Below, piece after piece: positions 1 through 12,634 of a stretch of DNA of 64,000 nt; the stretch's first letter is position 1; each line of letters starts with the position of its first letter. Under the pieces are notes generated by a model. It saw nothing but the letters and a program-made list of their open reading frames with translations. It ran no database searches and was not told the origin of the DNA. The translations under genes were made by a program, and so were the position numbers. Source of the stretch: Paraphysomonas bandaiensis (lineage: Eukaryota > Protista > Chrysophyceae); contig CBFFRP010000078.1 in NCBI GenBank assembly GCA_965644295.1, positions 124,001 through 188,000 of the forward strand. Direction: 5' to 3'.

Positions 1-171
1 ATTTTTCTTATTTTTATTCATTGCAATATTTAATCATTAGCTATTGAGTAACGCTTTGTACTAATGGTATACATGGTCATGATGATTAAATATTTCAGAT
101 CTATTAACAGCCATATTACAAACTCTAACTGCAAATAGTTTGCAGAAAGTAATAGTACATCTATCGACAGT

Positions 172-702
172 TCACAAACTATTTTCAGGGGCATCCAATA
201 CATATTCAGATTCTATAATATCAACACAATTAGAATCAGATGCGGTATTTAAACTACAGAAATTGTCAGAACTCAATTCTTCGGTGGGTTTCAATATTTC
301 ATAACGGGGCGAGGGTGACACTATTTTTTCTTGGAGATTGTTTGGCCGCGCCGAAAACATATTACCAAAGGAAAGCATCAAAAGGGAAAGTAGTCGCAGT
401 CTCTTCGCTACGATATACAGCACTACAGCAAAGAAAAAAACTAATGAGCCCAACAGACTGTATTTTTCCCATATTTCTGCGTTCTTTAAAGAACTGAGAC
501 GCTTTTTACTAGATCCAAGTGCCCCTTTAAGATGATATGAATGTTCCTGTAATGTATCCTTAATAAGATCTCCATCTCTCGTTAGATGATTGACTGCATT
601 TTCTGATCCATGTAATGTCCGCTCAATCACAACTCTTGTGCGTTGAAGGGATTCAGTAACTCCTCTGGCACTCTTAACAGTGTTATTCGATGTAGATGGC
701 AT
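172..702 (-). CDS. SEC20: Sec20/BNIP1-family SNARE (short form)
   Basis: VTESLQRTR...L..SKKRLSSL...FFFAVVLYIVAKR matches the Sec20 SNARE helix followed by a TM segment; single ORF of 176 aa. Confidence 0.7.
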   Translation of the reverse strand: MPSTSNNTVKSARGVTESLQRTRVVIERTLHGSENAVNHLTRDGDLIKDTLQEHSYHLKGALGSSKKRLSSLKNAEIWEKYSLLGSLVFFFAVVLYIVAKRLRLLSLLMLSFGNMFSARPNNLQEKIVSPSPRYEILKPTEELSSDNFCSLNTASDSNCVDIIESEYVLDAPENSL

Positions 703-1100
703 GGAGTAGGGAATATATACGATTCAATCCAACAATTGTAGAGTGAATTAAATATATCTTCACATGTGCCTGATGTGTGAGGAGGGTATATACTAAAGTA
801 TTATATACAGTAGTCCACATCATACAGACTCAGCAGTGTAGGCATATATACGTCATATTCCAATTGTAGAGCTGGAAAAGAGGTACTCTGCACTGTATAC
901 CAACCTACTGTACTTTGTTGTATGGTGTAACTATATACTTCTGCATTCTAATCGTTGATTGGTCAATTTCATTTTGGTGCAGTGTCTCTTCAAGATATCT
1001 CTCGCCTGTTCAAGATTTCATAGTTACGGTGGCAGTTGCAACGCTTTGCAACATCTTTTGTAATCAAATAGACACCAAAATCACAAACATCAAAGTGATC

Positions 1101-3233
1101 ATGATGAAAACTGCGTTAATTACAGCATTGGCTGCCAATGCCGCCAGCATTGTTAATGCCGAGTGTGCAAATGCATGCAATGGGCACGGAAGTTGCACCA
1201 GTTATGATATGTGCGATTGCAACCGAAACTGGCAGGCTAATGACTGTTCAGAGCGTGTGTGCCAGTTTGGTCTTGCACACGTGGATACCCCAAAGGGAGA
1301 TTTGAACCACGATAATGTCATTGAAGGCCCTGACAATATCATTGTTGAGAATGCCTTTAAGTATCCTTTTGGAACCACTGAGCAGTTTCCCCGCATGCAG
1401 GATTCGGATCTTGCTGACCTCGAGAATTCAGCCCACTACTACATGGAATGCTCTAATAAGGGAACCTGTAACAGAGAAACTGGTACTTGTGAGTGCTTTC
1501 CTGGATATGACGGTGCAGCATGTCAGCGTGCTTCTTGCCCTGGATACCCAGAGTCCTGCTCTGGGCATGGTGTTTGCAAAACCATTCGCCAGTTGGCCAA
1601 TGCCGATTACGGCAATATTTACGAGCTTTGGGACAGAGATGTAACAATGGGGTGTGAGTGTGACAAGGGATTTTATGGTCCTGACTGCTCTTTGAGAGAG
1701 TGCAAGTATGAGATCGACCCTCTATACTATGATGATACCGCTACTATTAAATATTCTGTCTTCGACTTCGCCATCCTCACCACTGGAAGTCTGCAGACAG
1801 ATTTCACCAATGGTATGTCTGATTCTAGCACAGCTTACTGGGCGATCAAGTTCTATGATATGCACGGTGAGGACTGGACTACTAGACCTATTCCTGAGGG
1901 AGCTCAGTGCGCCGAGGTCTTGGATGCCCTGGCTGACCTTCCCAATGATGTTATCCCTAGAATGGATTCCACATGGTGCACGAGAACTGCCAGGGACAAT
2001 GCTGAGAGTCTTGATGGTGGTTTCGATAGCACTGATGCACTTACCTATGATACTGCTCGTCCTATTGCATACCCTCTTGGATTCTGGCTTGCCGATGGTG
2101 TCACACGCAACACAACCTCATTTGATAACGTAGAGGCTCCTGAATTCTCTGGTTACATATACCGCATTCACTTCAACAACAACCCAGGAAAACTTAGACA
2201 ACCTGAGATCGATATCTATCTTGATGGTAAGCGCCCCACTCTCAGCTCAGATCCCGAAAACACTGACGAGATCGTCACGCGTGTGTGGACCGACGGACAG
2301 CAGGGTGAGAACATTGATTACTTCGGCGACCACTGCGATGGTGTCACTGTTACACTGGACTTTACTGATGGAACTGGAACTGTCCTCGCTGGTCTTGATG
2401 CTACTGAGACCGCACTTCTTAAGGCATGTCTCGGAACCTCTGATTTTGATCCCAATAACAATGTTGAGATCTACGACTGGGACCATGGTAGCGAGATGTA
2501 TCCCCATCTTATCAAGCTTGTCCTTTCAGTGACCAGCTCAGCTGATGGAGGGTACTACGCTGCATTATACTACGACGGAACTAACTTTAACCTCCTTAAT
2601 CCCATCCGCGGTCCTGATCAGGACGAGAGTGACATGTTCGAGGTGTACACGACTAAGGGTGTGCTCGCTCGTACGTCCAACAAGACCGAGGCACACTTTG
2701 GATTCGCTTCTCAGGAAATTGTCATGACTAACACAACCTGGGAGTACCATGAGGGTAGGGTATCTTTCGATGGTGATGTTTCTTGCGAGGTCAATGATAA
2801 CAACCGTTACAAGCTTGAGTACATTGACCACTGCTTGAACAAGTCTGATATCATTACTTTCCTTACTTTTGACGATCTCTCCCGTAACCCTCCTCACATT
2901 AACCTTTACACTGTTGAGAAGATCTGGACGAAGCAGTACCAGGCCAACTCTACTGATACCTTCCCCACTCTTGCCAAGGACGTCCATCAACGATTTGGTA
3001 CTCACGTCATCGAGACCGACCTCTCAACTAACTGGGCTGCTGATAATGCCATCGAGCCAAACAACCCTCTGAACTTTAACATCTACAAGTTCTTCCCTGA
3101 TGAGACAAGCAACTACGAGTATGTCGCACAGTGCTCCAATAGAGGAATCTGCAACACTGATGAGGGATTGTGTGAGTGCTTTTCTGGCTACACTGGTGAT
3201 GCTTGCCAGACTCAAGCCAGCCTAGCTGTGTAA
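1101..3233 (+). CDS. Tubular mastigoneme protein (Ocm1/Sig1 family, EGF-like repeats)
   Basis: Signal peptide MMKTALITALAANAASIVNA; then ECANACNGHG, CQFGLAHVDTPKGDL, AHYYMECSNKGTCNRETGTCECFPGYDGAACQRASCP; C-terminal YEYVAQCSNRGICN..CECFSGYTGDAC. First in-frame ATG is at 1101; intronless. Confidence 0.9.
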   Translation: MMKTALITALAANAASIVNAECANACNGHGSCTSYDMCDCNRNWQANDCSERVCQFGLAHVDTPKGDLNHDNVIEGPDNIIVENAFKYPFGTTEQFPRMQDSDLADLENSAHYYMECSNKGTCNRETGTCECFPGYDGAACQRASCPGYPESCSGHGVCKTIRQLANADYGNIYELWDRDVTMGCECDKGFYGPDCSLRECKYEIDPLYYDDTATIKYSVFDFAILTTGSLQTDFTNGMSDSSTAYWAIKFYDMHGEDWTTRPIPEGAQCAEVLDALADLPNDVIPRMDSTWCTRTARDNAESLDGGFDSTDALTYDTARPIAYPLGFWLADGVTRNTTSFDNVEAPEFSGYIYRIHFNNNPGKLRQPEIDIYLDGKRPTLSSDPENTDEIVTRVWTDGQQGENIDYFGDHCDGVTVTLDFTDGTGTVLAGLDATETALLKACLGTSDFDPNNNVEIYDWDHGSEMYPHLIKLVLSVTSSADGGYYAALYYDGTNFNLLNPIRGPDQDESDMFEVYTTKGVLARTSNKTEAHFGFASQEIVMTNTTWEYHEGRVSFDGDVSCEVNDNNRYKLEYIDHCLNKSDIITFLTFDDLSRNPPHINLYTVEKIWTKQYQANSTDTFPTLAKDVHQRFGTHVIETDLSTNWAADNAIEPNNPLNFNIYKFFPDETSNYEYVAQCSNRGICNTDEGLCECFSGYTGDACQTQASLAV

Positions 3234-3473
3234 ATCCTTGCTTTCGTATTATCTCATTGAATTTTCATGGTGTCTGGTGAAAAATAGCAACAAATAATAA
3301 TCATCCTTATATTATTTACTATTTTATATTTTACTTTTGGACCGTCGAAACGTGTAAGATATAACTCATAGCATTTCGACTATGAAAGAATTATTTTTCC
3401 TTTTCTATGTAGAATTCAGTTCTATATTCTGAGTTTCTTTATTTGTGTATTTTCCTGTTTTGGTACCTAGATA

Positions 3474-3656
3474 TATTGAAAGTCTTGTTATTTAGCAGTA
3501 GGCGTTGAAAGCCGGCACCCATTAGTGGCTAGTGGAATGCTAGTCATACTAGTTAGACTACTACCCGTAACTAATCAATGCAAACTCTTTTATCCTACTA
3601 TTTGACGCTACAGAAGCTACTTGTGCGACGCCGCAAGCACCAAGGTGCAACCACTT
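3474..3656 (+). repeat. Dispersed repeat family 1 (other copies ~4405-4481 and ~30878-31003)
   Basis: TATTGAAAGTCTT..TTAGCA.TAGGCGTT.AAA is shared with 4405; AAGCT(A/G)CTTGTGCGAC(G/A)CCGCAAGCA....GTGCAACCACTT is shared with 30959-31002. Confidence 0.7.
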
Positions 3657-4543
3657 CCGTTCTTTTGTGAGTATAAATTAATTCGCCATTAACGTGGACC
3701 CTGGACTCACTGGCGCATGGTACCTAGAACGTAGTCAAGCTACTCAAGCAGTACGTTTTTAAAATTTAGTTTTCAGTTATAGGTTTTAGTGTTACACTTG
3801 TTTTGAATTCGCCAAAAAGTTAAATCAATCTTAATTCACATGCACCAAGTAGTATTGGATTACAAAACACTTTGTGATTTTTGAAGTCTTTCAAATTTGC
3901 ATAGATATTTATTATATTATATATCTTTTTTAATAATCTTTAGCTGTTTTCAAGTTTGTTGTCTTGAAGAATACACACGCATCCGGGATTGGGCCGACCT
4001 CAAAGGCTTCCTGCTGAAGTCCAGCATGCAGGCTGTTCATATTAATCTGGTACTACTACATAGTATGCCCTGCTGCAACTATGCGATTTATGACGTTATG
4101 ATTTATTTCATTCATGTCAACCACTGCTCAACTTCTGTATCTTGATTAGTCATGACGCAATAATTCAGTTTCACAGTTATAGCTATATAGTATCTTTGAT
4201 TACTGACGACATGTTACTGTTTTTCACATTGTATTGTATAGTACTATCTTAAAGAAAACATATGTAATATGTAGTAATGGTAATTCCATTATAATTACCG
4301 GGAACTGGACTACCATTAATGGGTCATTAATGGCTAGTAGGCCCTGTTATACAGTATACAGTACAATGCTTATTAACCATATATTCAAATTAATTATCAG
4401 CGCTTATTGAAAGTCTTATTATTAGCAATAGGCGTTAAAATCTGCACCAACTTAGTAGCTAGATGAATGCTAGACAAACTATATTGTATACCCTAGATAG
4501 TTTAATATATAATCAAGCATGAATTTATTTTAGAAATGCTTAA

Positions 4544-5887
4544 TTACAATGGCTTGTTAATATCCGCGAACGCCACATTGAACTGCTTCTTTTTTCTCTC
4601 TTCCTCTAATAGCACCGTTCGTACTACCTCCGCCCGACCCTTCAGTATTTCATTCACAGAACGCACGCAATCCGCTAGTTGTGTCGCAACGTTTAGTTCG
4701 GCGTTTACAGAAGTAGTTATAACATGCGGATACAAGGCATGCAAGCGTGATACAAGGTAGCTAATGTACACTGAACTTCCTGGAGCTGTTAAAAGCTTGT
4801 CTGCTGTCACCACATCTTCATTGCGGTCAGAAGAAGGTGTATCCACTTCCTGATGACAGATTGGACACTCCCTGCCCTTGGAGGTCACCAAGCTCTGTAT
4901 GCAGTTCATGCAGTAGATATGGTGGCATCGCAGTTTCATTGGTATCCTACGCGCTCTTCCTATTGATGGTGATGCAGAATCCATGTATTCAACATCTTTG
5001 GTGTTAATGAAGCTGGACAACTCATCTTCTAGTTTCATATCGATATCCGTATTATCAGCGGTAGTGTCCACCACCTCATTACTCTCATCCTTGATATTAC
5101 TCGTGCTTGATGATTCTTCAAATGGGTCAAGGCACATTGGACAACATATAATGCCTTTGCTTGTCTCCAGGGTTTTAATCACTCGCCTAAGTGCAGCGTA
5201 GCCCTTCTTGACATTTTTATCTTGCTTACTGCTCACAAGAGCACATATCGCGAGGCTGAGAAAGAGTACCCCCAGCACCCACGGCCCCACCTTCAGCGCC
5301 ACATACCGTCGCTTGTCGACTTTTTTCTGTGCATTTGTGGTTTCTGTTGGGCCTCTAGCAATTAGCATATTTAGTTCGTTCATTGCCATTTCAATAGCTG
5401 GTCCATAATCTCCAGACTTCAAGTGGGGGACCATATGAGAAGCTACTTGATTGACCTCAATACTGGAGAGTTTATCCTGAATTCCAGCGCCAAGAGAAAT
5501 GTGTACCACACGATCAGATATGGAAAGAAACACAAGAACCCCATTGCGCATAGGAGAGTCACCTACTCCCCATGTCTCTAAAAGGGTATCCGCATATCTC
5601 TCAGCATCAGCGTTTACAGATGATGTGAATGAGCGTACCATTGATGGAATAACCACAACTGCAAACTCAACATCCCAAATTGAAGTAGCGAATTGTTCTA
5701 TATCATTCTTAGCTTCAACTGGAATTAGTTCAGCAATATCACATATCATTGACCGTTCAACCCCTCGTCTTCCACACATATCAGGTTGTTTCATAGGGTT
5801 CGGTATATCTGCTATATCAATAGAGTATACCGTATCGCTATTCACATATAAAATGCATAAGAAGATAATAAATAGAATACCCTGCAT
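4544..5887 (-). CDS. Signal peptide + TPM (TLP18.3/Psb32/MOLO-1) domain + TM + C3HC4 RING finger protein
   Basis: IPNPMKQPDMCGRRG..SMICD (MOLO-1-like start); WGVGDSPMRNGVLVFLSISDR (TPM); TM WVLGVLFLSLAICALV; RING CPMCLDPF...LRCHHIYCMNCI...CPICH. Confidence 0.8.
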   Translation of the reverse strand: MQGILFIIFLCILYVNSDTVYSIDIADIPNPMKQPDMCGRRGVERSMICDIAELIPVEAKNDIEQFATSIWDVEFAVVVIPSMVRSFTSSVNADAERYADTLLETWGVGDSPMRNGVLVFLSISDRVVHISLGAGIQDKLSSIEVNQVASHMVPHLKSGDYGPAIEMAMNELNMLIARGPTETTNAQKKVDKRRYVALKVGPWVLGVLFLSLAICALVSSKQDKNVKKGYAALRRVIKTLETSKGIICCPMCLDPFEESSSTSNIKDESNEVVDTTADNTDIDMKLEDELSSFINTKDVEYMDSASPSIGRARRIPMKLRCHHIYCMNCIQSLVTSKGRECPICHQEVDTPSSDRNEDVVTADKLLTAPGSSVYISYLVSRLHALYPHVITTSVNAELNVATQLADCVRSVNEILKGRAEVVRTVLLEEERKKKQFNVAFADINKPL

Positions 5888-6508
5888 TAGATCAATGATC
5901 TTTTATAGACAGAGAACGTTATATATATAGAACACGAACACTGATAGCTCTATAGCATCTAGCTTTAACTATATAAGACTTATGGACACGTATATGTATG
6001 TACTCTGTATCTGCTGTATACAAGCACAATGGGCAAATGCAGAAACTGAAAGATGTATCTGTATCACACGTCTTGGATCTCTTGTACATCTCCTACTGAT
6101 GATGATATCCCTAAAAAATGCCAACATATACTCATTTCAAATTTTCATGACCAGAAACACGCTTCGGAAACTGATAAACGAACCAAAAATTCACAATTTT
6201 TAGATCTATATATACAGCAGTATATACACCATATTTCATGTCCACCACAAGTTGTTTCCTGCTGCTACTGATTTCGTCATAGGTACACTATATACTGTAT
6301 ATATTGCCTATATATATCCCACATATGGTATATTACTATCTATTGATCGCCAACAACATACGCATACACTACAAGCAATATCAGTTTAGTTTTTTTTGGT
6401 ATGTTGTGAGTATGTTGGTTGCTTATATTGCTATATATGCATAGTATTATCATGCTTTAACTACGACGTCATGACTTCTATTTAGTTATTGCACAACTCA
6501 ATTGAGTA

Positions 6509-9500
6509 ATGGAGGTTGGCGTTGCTGTGTGGGTGAAAGGTAGTGGGACCTATGAGGGCTGGTTACCTGGCACTGTATGTAGCAAGGTAGTATTATTATA
6601 TTAATAGTAACTCATGTTTATAATCTATTCCTATATAGGAGTCAGATAAGATTACTGTTCGTATAGATGACTCTACTGAAGAATTAATATTCCCGTAAGT
6701 TCAAATGAATGTCTGCATAGAGAGAATCGATAACATCTTTATGTTCATTTATTATCTGCAGTGTCAAAGAAGATAACGATGATTTGAACGATGTTAAACT
6801 TCGTAATGATCCGAATGAAGTGGATGTCGACAATTTAATAAATCTACCTTACCTCCATGAGCCAGCAATACTGTACTGCTTGGAGAATCGCTATGCTGAA
6901 AGTGATATATATACGTATACTGGCCCCATTCTCATCGCCGTGAATCCATTTAAACGGGTTCCACTGTACACTTCCCAGATTCTAGAGATGTATTATAACC
7001 TGGGGTTATTGAAATCTCAGGGTATTGAGAACGCAAGTCCGTTGCCGCCGCATGTTTACGCAATTGCCGATGCGGCCTACCGTGATATGATGGCAGTGAT
7101 ACTCAACGGGAGCGGGGCAAGTGGTGTATCTTCAGCCGATCAGGCAATTCTTATCAGTGGAGAGAGTGGAGCGGTTAGTATATACACATCTGTTTACTTC
7201 ATAAGCACATATCGTTTTATGAATAATTTTCTCGCAAACTCTTTATGACAGCTCTATATTTGTTTAATTATTTACACTCGTATTCGAACTTTTAATAATT
7301 TTTTTCATTATAGGGGAAAACCGAGTCCACAAAAATTGTGCTCCGCTATTTGACTACTGTGGGCAGTTCCACCGGGTCTGTGGATATCCAATCCGGATCC
7401 ATCATGGACAAAGTGTTACAGTCAAATCCCATCCTCGAGGCCTTCGGAAATGCGAAAACCATTCGGAACGACAACTCTTCTCGATTTGGAAAATTTATAG
7501 AGCTCAATTTTTCTCGAAGAGGCCACTTAATCGGTGGGACAATTCGCACATATCTCCTAGAGAAGGTTCGTCTGCCTTTCCAGCAAGTTGGTGAGCGAAA
7601 CTTTCATATATTTTACCAAATGCTCGCGGGGGGGACATTTGAGGAGCGACAAAAATGGAGGGTAGAGAATATAGAAGATTTATATTACGTCAACCAGGGA
7701 GGAGTGTTTGAGCTACAGTGGGTTGACGATAACGAGGAATTCCACGATATGAAAAAAGCACTTCGTGTGCTAGGGTTTGAGGAGGAGTTCCAGGTGTCGT
7801 TGCTGAATGTGATGGCTGGTCTACTGCACCTGGGGCAGCTACGGTTTGTTGCGGATGAAGATGGAGAAGGCTCAGAGCTAGCCGACGACCCGGCTGTCAC
7901 ATCTAGTCTAGAAGCAGTTGCGGACCTGTGTGGTGTCCCAGTGGATGCTCTCAAGCATGCGATTACAATCCGCATTATTACTGCGCGAAATGAAACGTAT
8001 GAGAAAAAACTTACTCCAGGACAGGCATCTGATGCTAGAGATGCCCTCGCGAAAGCACTGTATGGAAAGATATTCGACTGGATAGTCGCCACCATTAATC
8101 GATCCATACAGGTCGAGAAAAAACAAGTAAGAGCGGACATCGGAGTTCTAGATATATTTGGCTTCGAGTGCTTCAAGCTGAACTCGTTTGAGCAGTTGTG
8201 CATTAACTATACAAATGAGACACTGCAGCAGCAATTTAATCAGTTCGTTTTTAAAATGGAACAGGCTGAGTATCAGAAGGAAAAGATTGAGTGGAGTTTT
8301 ATAGAATTCCCTGATAACCAAGACTGTCTTGATTTGATAGAGCACAAGCAAACTGGTATTATTGCCATGCTGGACGATGAATGTCGATTACCGAAAGCTA
8401 GTGATGACAAATTTCACTCCCGTTTGGTGAAGTCTATGGACAGCCATGGAAGATTCTCATGTACTGCTGCTCAGAAAAGAAATGGCGATTTCTGTGTTAA
8501 CCACTATGCCGGTCCCGTTGTATACAGTACTGCTTCTTTCGTCGAGAAAAATAAGGACGAATTTCCTCGTGAGGCAACTTCTCTTTGCCAGGGTTCCAGC
8601 GATCCTCTTATCAGTCATATTTTCAATCAGAACTCTCCACCGAAGGGAAAACAGCCAGATACCATCCCACGTTCACAGTCAGGTCGCGTGCAAGCTTTGA
8701 GTGTTGGGTCACAGTTTCGAGAACAGTTGCATTCACTCATGGACAAGATTTATACGACCAAGCCGCATTATATCCGTTGCTTGAAGCCGAATGACCAGAA
8801 CGTGCCAGATTCGTTTGATAGGCTAAGAACCACAGAGCAACTGAGATATGGTGGTGTGCTCGAAGCAGTCCGAGTGGCAAGGTCTGGCTTCCCGGTGCGT
8901 CTATCTCATGTGGACTTCTTTGCCCGCTATCGTCCATTAGCCAATCCTTTCAGCCCATTAACGGCAACATTGCCACGGGTTCTTTCGCATGGAGTATCTA
9001 AGAATGCCCGCGGAGATGTAGAAGACGCGAAGGTGATGTGTGAGCGGCTTTTAACAGTATTGTGGGACGCAACTGTGCCAGGTGTGCATATTGGTGTATC
9101 CTTAAGTGTTATCTTACACGTGATTTTTTCTCTCGATGTACAGGAGAAGAAGAGGAGGAGGCCGTCACCGCTGCGAAAAAGAAGTCTGGAAAACCACAGC
9201 GCCGTTGTAGTCGTGTGGAAGACATGCTATCATGGAAGGGTAAAGGAGACATTGCAAGAGAAAGTGTCCAACTTGGCCTTACCAAAGTTTTTCTTCGAAA
9301 GGTTGCGCACGATATCCTTGAGGCGCGGCGCTCTCGACGACTTCTGAGTGCTGCGAATAAAATTCAGACTTGTTATCGCGGATACCTGCAGAGGTCCTGG
9401 TACTTGTCGTGTTTACGTTCCACACTCTTGGTGCAAAGGGTTTATAGAGGAATGATGGGGCGAATGAAAGCCCTGATGGTTCGACTCAACAAGGCCGCTT

Positions 9501-12154
9501 TGCTCATACAAACTTGTTTCCGTTGTCATGCCAAGTACTGGGACTACTCGAGATTTTTGTATGCTACAATCGCATTACAAAGTGGTTACAGAGGTCGTGT
9601 TGCTCGGAAGGAGTACAAAGTACTGTGGTTTAACACAAAAGGCAATCGGCTGAAGCGTATCATGCTGATGCTCCGCGATATACACAACTATTATCGGTAT
9701 AGAAGGGCAGTAATTGCCCTCCAGTGCTCTATACGTCGTCACATTGCTAAAGCGACCCTGAAGCAGCTCAAGGTGGCAGCCAAAGACGTCGGTCGACTGC
9801 AACAAAGTAACGAAGCCCTTAAGGCAGAAATTGAAGCACTTCGCGCAAAGGCTGCTGAGGATGCTCTTAAGGCTCAGGAGAAGTTACGCCTTGAAATGGA
9901 AGAGCGATCAAAGCAGGAGAAGGCCAATGAGCTGGCTCGTTTAACAGCGGAGCTTGAGAGTACGAAGGCTGAGTTAGAGAAAGAGCGGGCTCTCAGAGAG
10001 GATGCTGAAAACAAGCTCGCTCTTGCTAATTCAAGAGCTCCACAGGTGTGCATATTCAGTGGAGAGCGTCGTTTCTATGTAGAAAGTGTAATCGAAACGC
10101 TTATGTGCATAAATTTTATGTAGATTTAATATATATTTGTAGGTTCACGGCATGACAGAGGATGACCTGGAAAGGTTCAATGACATGAAAGAACAGCTTT
10201 CCAAGGAGAAGGTGGCGAGAGAGGCTCTAGAAGATGAGGTAGTTCGTCTACGGCAACTAGCAGTGGATCGGGAGGCGACACGTGCAAGGGGGGGCTCAGT
10301 CGAGAAGGTGCAGCTGCGCCGCCGTATGAGTGAATCCAGCACTGGTAGTACTGAGCGTCCCTCATCTGGTAGCCTGGAGCCGTTTCCAGATAATAAACCT
10401 AGAAGACGCGGCAGTGGTACCAGCATCAGCAGTAACGTCTCAAAGCATAGCGCTGCACCCACGAGGGGACGTATGCCCAAACCACGTGTGCCACCAGCAA
10501 CGAAGGACTGGGGTGAGACCTGGGACGACGAGTCCGATGCCAGCGACAGTGTATTCTCAGGTATGTACTGGTCTCTCACTGCACATTGTCTTGGGGTCGT
10601 GGTGTGTTAACACATGTCATAGGGGATTCTGCTTACACCGCTGGTGGATCTCGATTCCGTCCCCGGAAGAGCTTTTCGGGTGTGCCCATACCGCAGCAGT
10701 ACAGCCGTCGAACTCCCACTGAAACAGCAAGCACTCCGAAGCAGAAAGCTATTCAGGCCAAGGCATTGATTGATAACTTTGAGAGAAATCTTGAGTTATT
10801 CAAAAGTCGTATGCATGAGGTATACTATTTCTATTGTCTTACCAGTCAGTATTATTATAAATTCTAATATATGGTAATCACAGGGTATTCGAGTTGTTGT
10901 GTGTGAAGGCCCAAGGGTTCAGAATGTAGAAGCTATTGTTAAGCTAACTGATGACAACACGTTAACGTTTTCATCGCCGAATAGGTACTAACATATGCAA
11001 CTGTAAACAGCTATTTTACTCAATGAATTCAGGCGGTTTTCCTTATTCTCTTCCAAGATAGACGTCCAACCCATCAAGTATATGCCAATTTAAATAGGTG
11101 TAAATGTTGTGTGATGTTTTTTTCTTCAGGATATCGGAGATATTGGAGTCCACTCAAGGGGTTCACTTTGACACCGTGCGAAGCGCAAATGGCCCCCCTA
11201 AGGATGACTCATGTTACCTCACAATTGCTTGTCAATCTCCAGGAGAGAAACCGCGATATGTATCATTACTGCTGGACACCAGGGATGACCGAAACTCTTT
11301 GGTAACTGGACTGAGGTAAGTATAGAATATAAATTTAATTATCTCTGAGTGTTCTGTGTTAAATGTACTTGTCATGTACAGAACTTTGGTGTCAGACATG
11401 CAACTGAACGCTACCAACGAAGATATTACTGCTACTCCAGGCAAAACAGAGCACCGCAGGGCTTCCTTTAAAGACGGTGTCATGGCTGAAGCTGCAGCGA
11501 TTGTGGCTGCTAAGGAGCAGAATCATCCTGGTACCAACCTTGCAACCCGCAAGAGTCGCAGAGCTTCCTTGGGTTCTCATGGAACAGCAACTCGCCATGA
11601 GGTAGGTTTTTGTTAAACGTGCGGAAAGAATACTATCCATGAATTTTCGCATCTTAGTACGATTTTAACTCTTTTGCACTTTAGCCGGAGACCCAGTACA
11701 CTACCCCACCAAAAGATGCTGACGTATCTGGCCAAGCTGTATCCGAGGTGAAGAGACAGCTATTGGTTGAGCGAACCAACTACGAGAAGCTTATGGTGCA
11801 AGTAAGGATATGTTTTCATCGTGTTTGATTTAAGAGTAATGTGAATGTTGTAGATGTTGGTGCTTACCAATGACCTCAATGAAAGAGAGGACCAGATCAT
11901 CGCCATGAAAAAGCGTGAAGATGCGCTGGTAGAGCAGCTAGCGAGCAAAGAACGTATGTATGAACAGGACGCCATGGTGCGCATGCAATTGGGCAAGAGG
12001 CTTGAACAGGTCCTCATGGACAAAGAAGAAATCAAGGATGAGCTAGATAACCTGAAGGTAAGTGGCAACTATAATTCCTGTTTCGTTGATGATTGCTGTG
12101 GTGACATAGGCCCAACTCGATGTTATTCGTAGCGGTTTCAACAGCGCGACTTAA
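6509..12154 (+). CDS. Myosin heavy chain (motor, IQ motifs, coiled coil, PH-like domain, C-terminal coiled coil); multi-exon
   Basis: LHEPAILYCL, IYTYTGPILIAVNPF, P-loop ISGESGA|GKTES, LEAFGNAKTIRNDNSSRFGKF, DIFGFE, PHYIRCLKPND; IQ motifs IQTCYRGYLQR and LQSGYRGRVAR. First exon MEVGVAVWVK at 6509; last exon AQLDVIRSGFNSAT* ends at 12154 (hand spliced). Confidence 0.93.
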
Positions 12155-12634
12155 CGCATACCAACTGACAACAGAGTGGATATTTTCGATCGACCCTATA
12201 TTTGCTCTGTGATATTGGGACTATTGTAGACTAGCGTATTATAGTGAGATGGATGCGATATATATTATCAGTTGCTGAATGCTTTGACAAGATCTAATGC
12301 ATGTAAAGGAATCTGGTGTACTATTGATATCCAGACGCTCCACATTGTGAGGAATTCTTCGCTTGTTGTTGCTGGTAATAATAAGACTCACGAATGTTAT
12401 TGAATGTTAATTTTGGCCTGATTGTTTAGCGTTGATCGTATCTTATAGTTTAGTTTGATTTTTTCAATATATTATTGCAGTGGTATTATTGGGATGCTAT
12501 CTAACAACAGTATTGCAATGTATTGTTCCCCAGCCCTAAATATAGATAGGGAATCAAAGTCACCTACTAATCGACAGTTGTGCCCGAATGCACGCATATA
12601 TCAATTAATTCTGGACGAATATGGTGATGTTTAC

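Noticed and set aside
849-856. ACGTCA/TGACGT (aureochrome-type bZIP site) upstream of several genes (also ~6466, ~24368, ~51705)
   Set aside because: A hexamer expected many times by chance in 64 kb; no enrichment can be shown.
915-1100. N-terminal extension of the mastigoneme ORF
   Set aside because: Starts at TTG; the first ATG (1101) begins a clear signal peptide.
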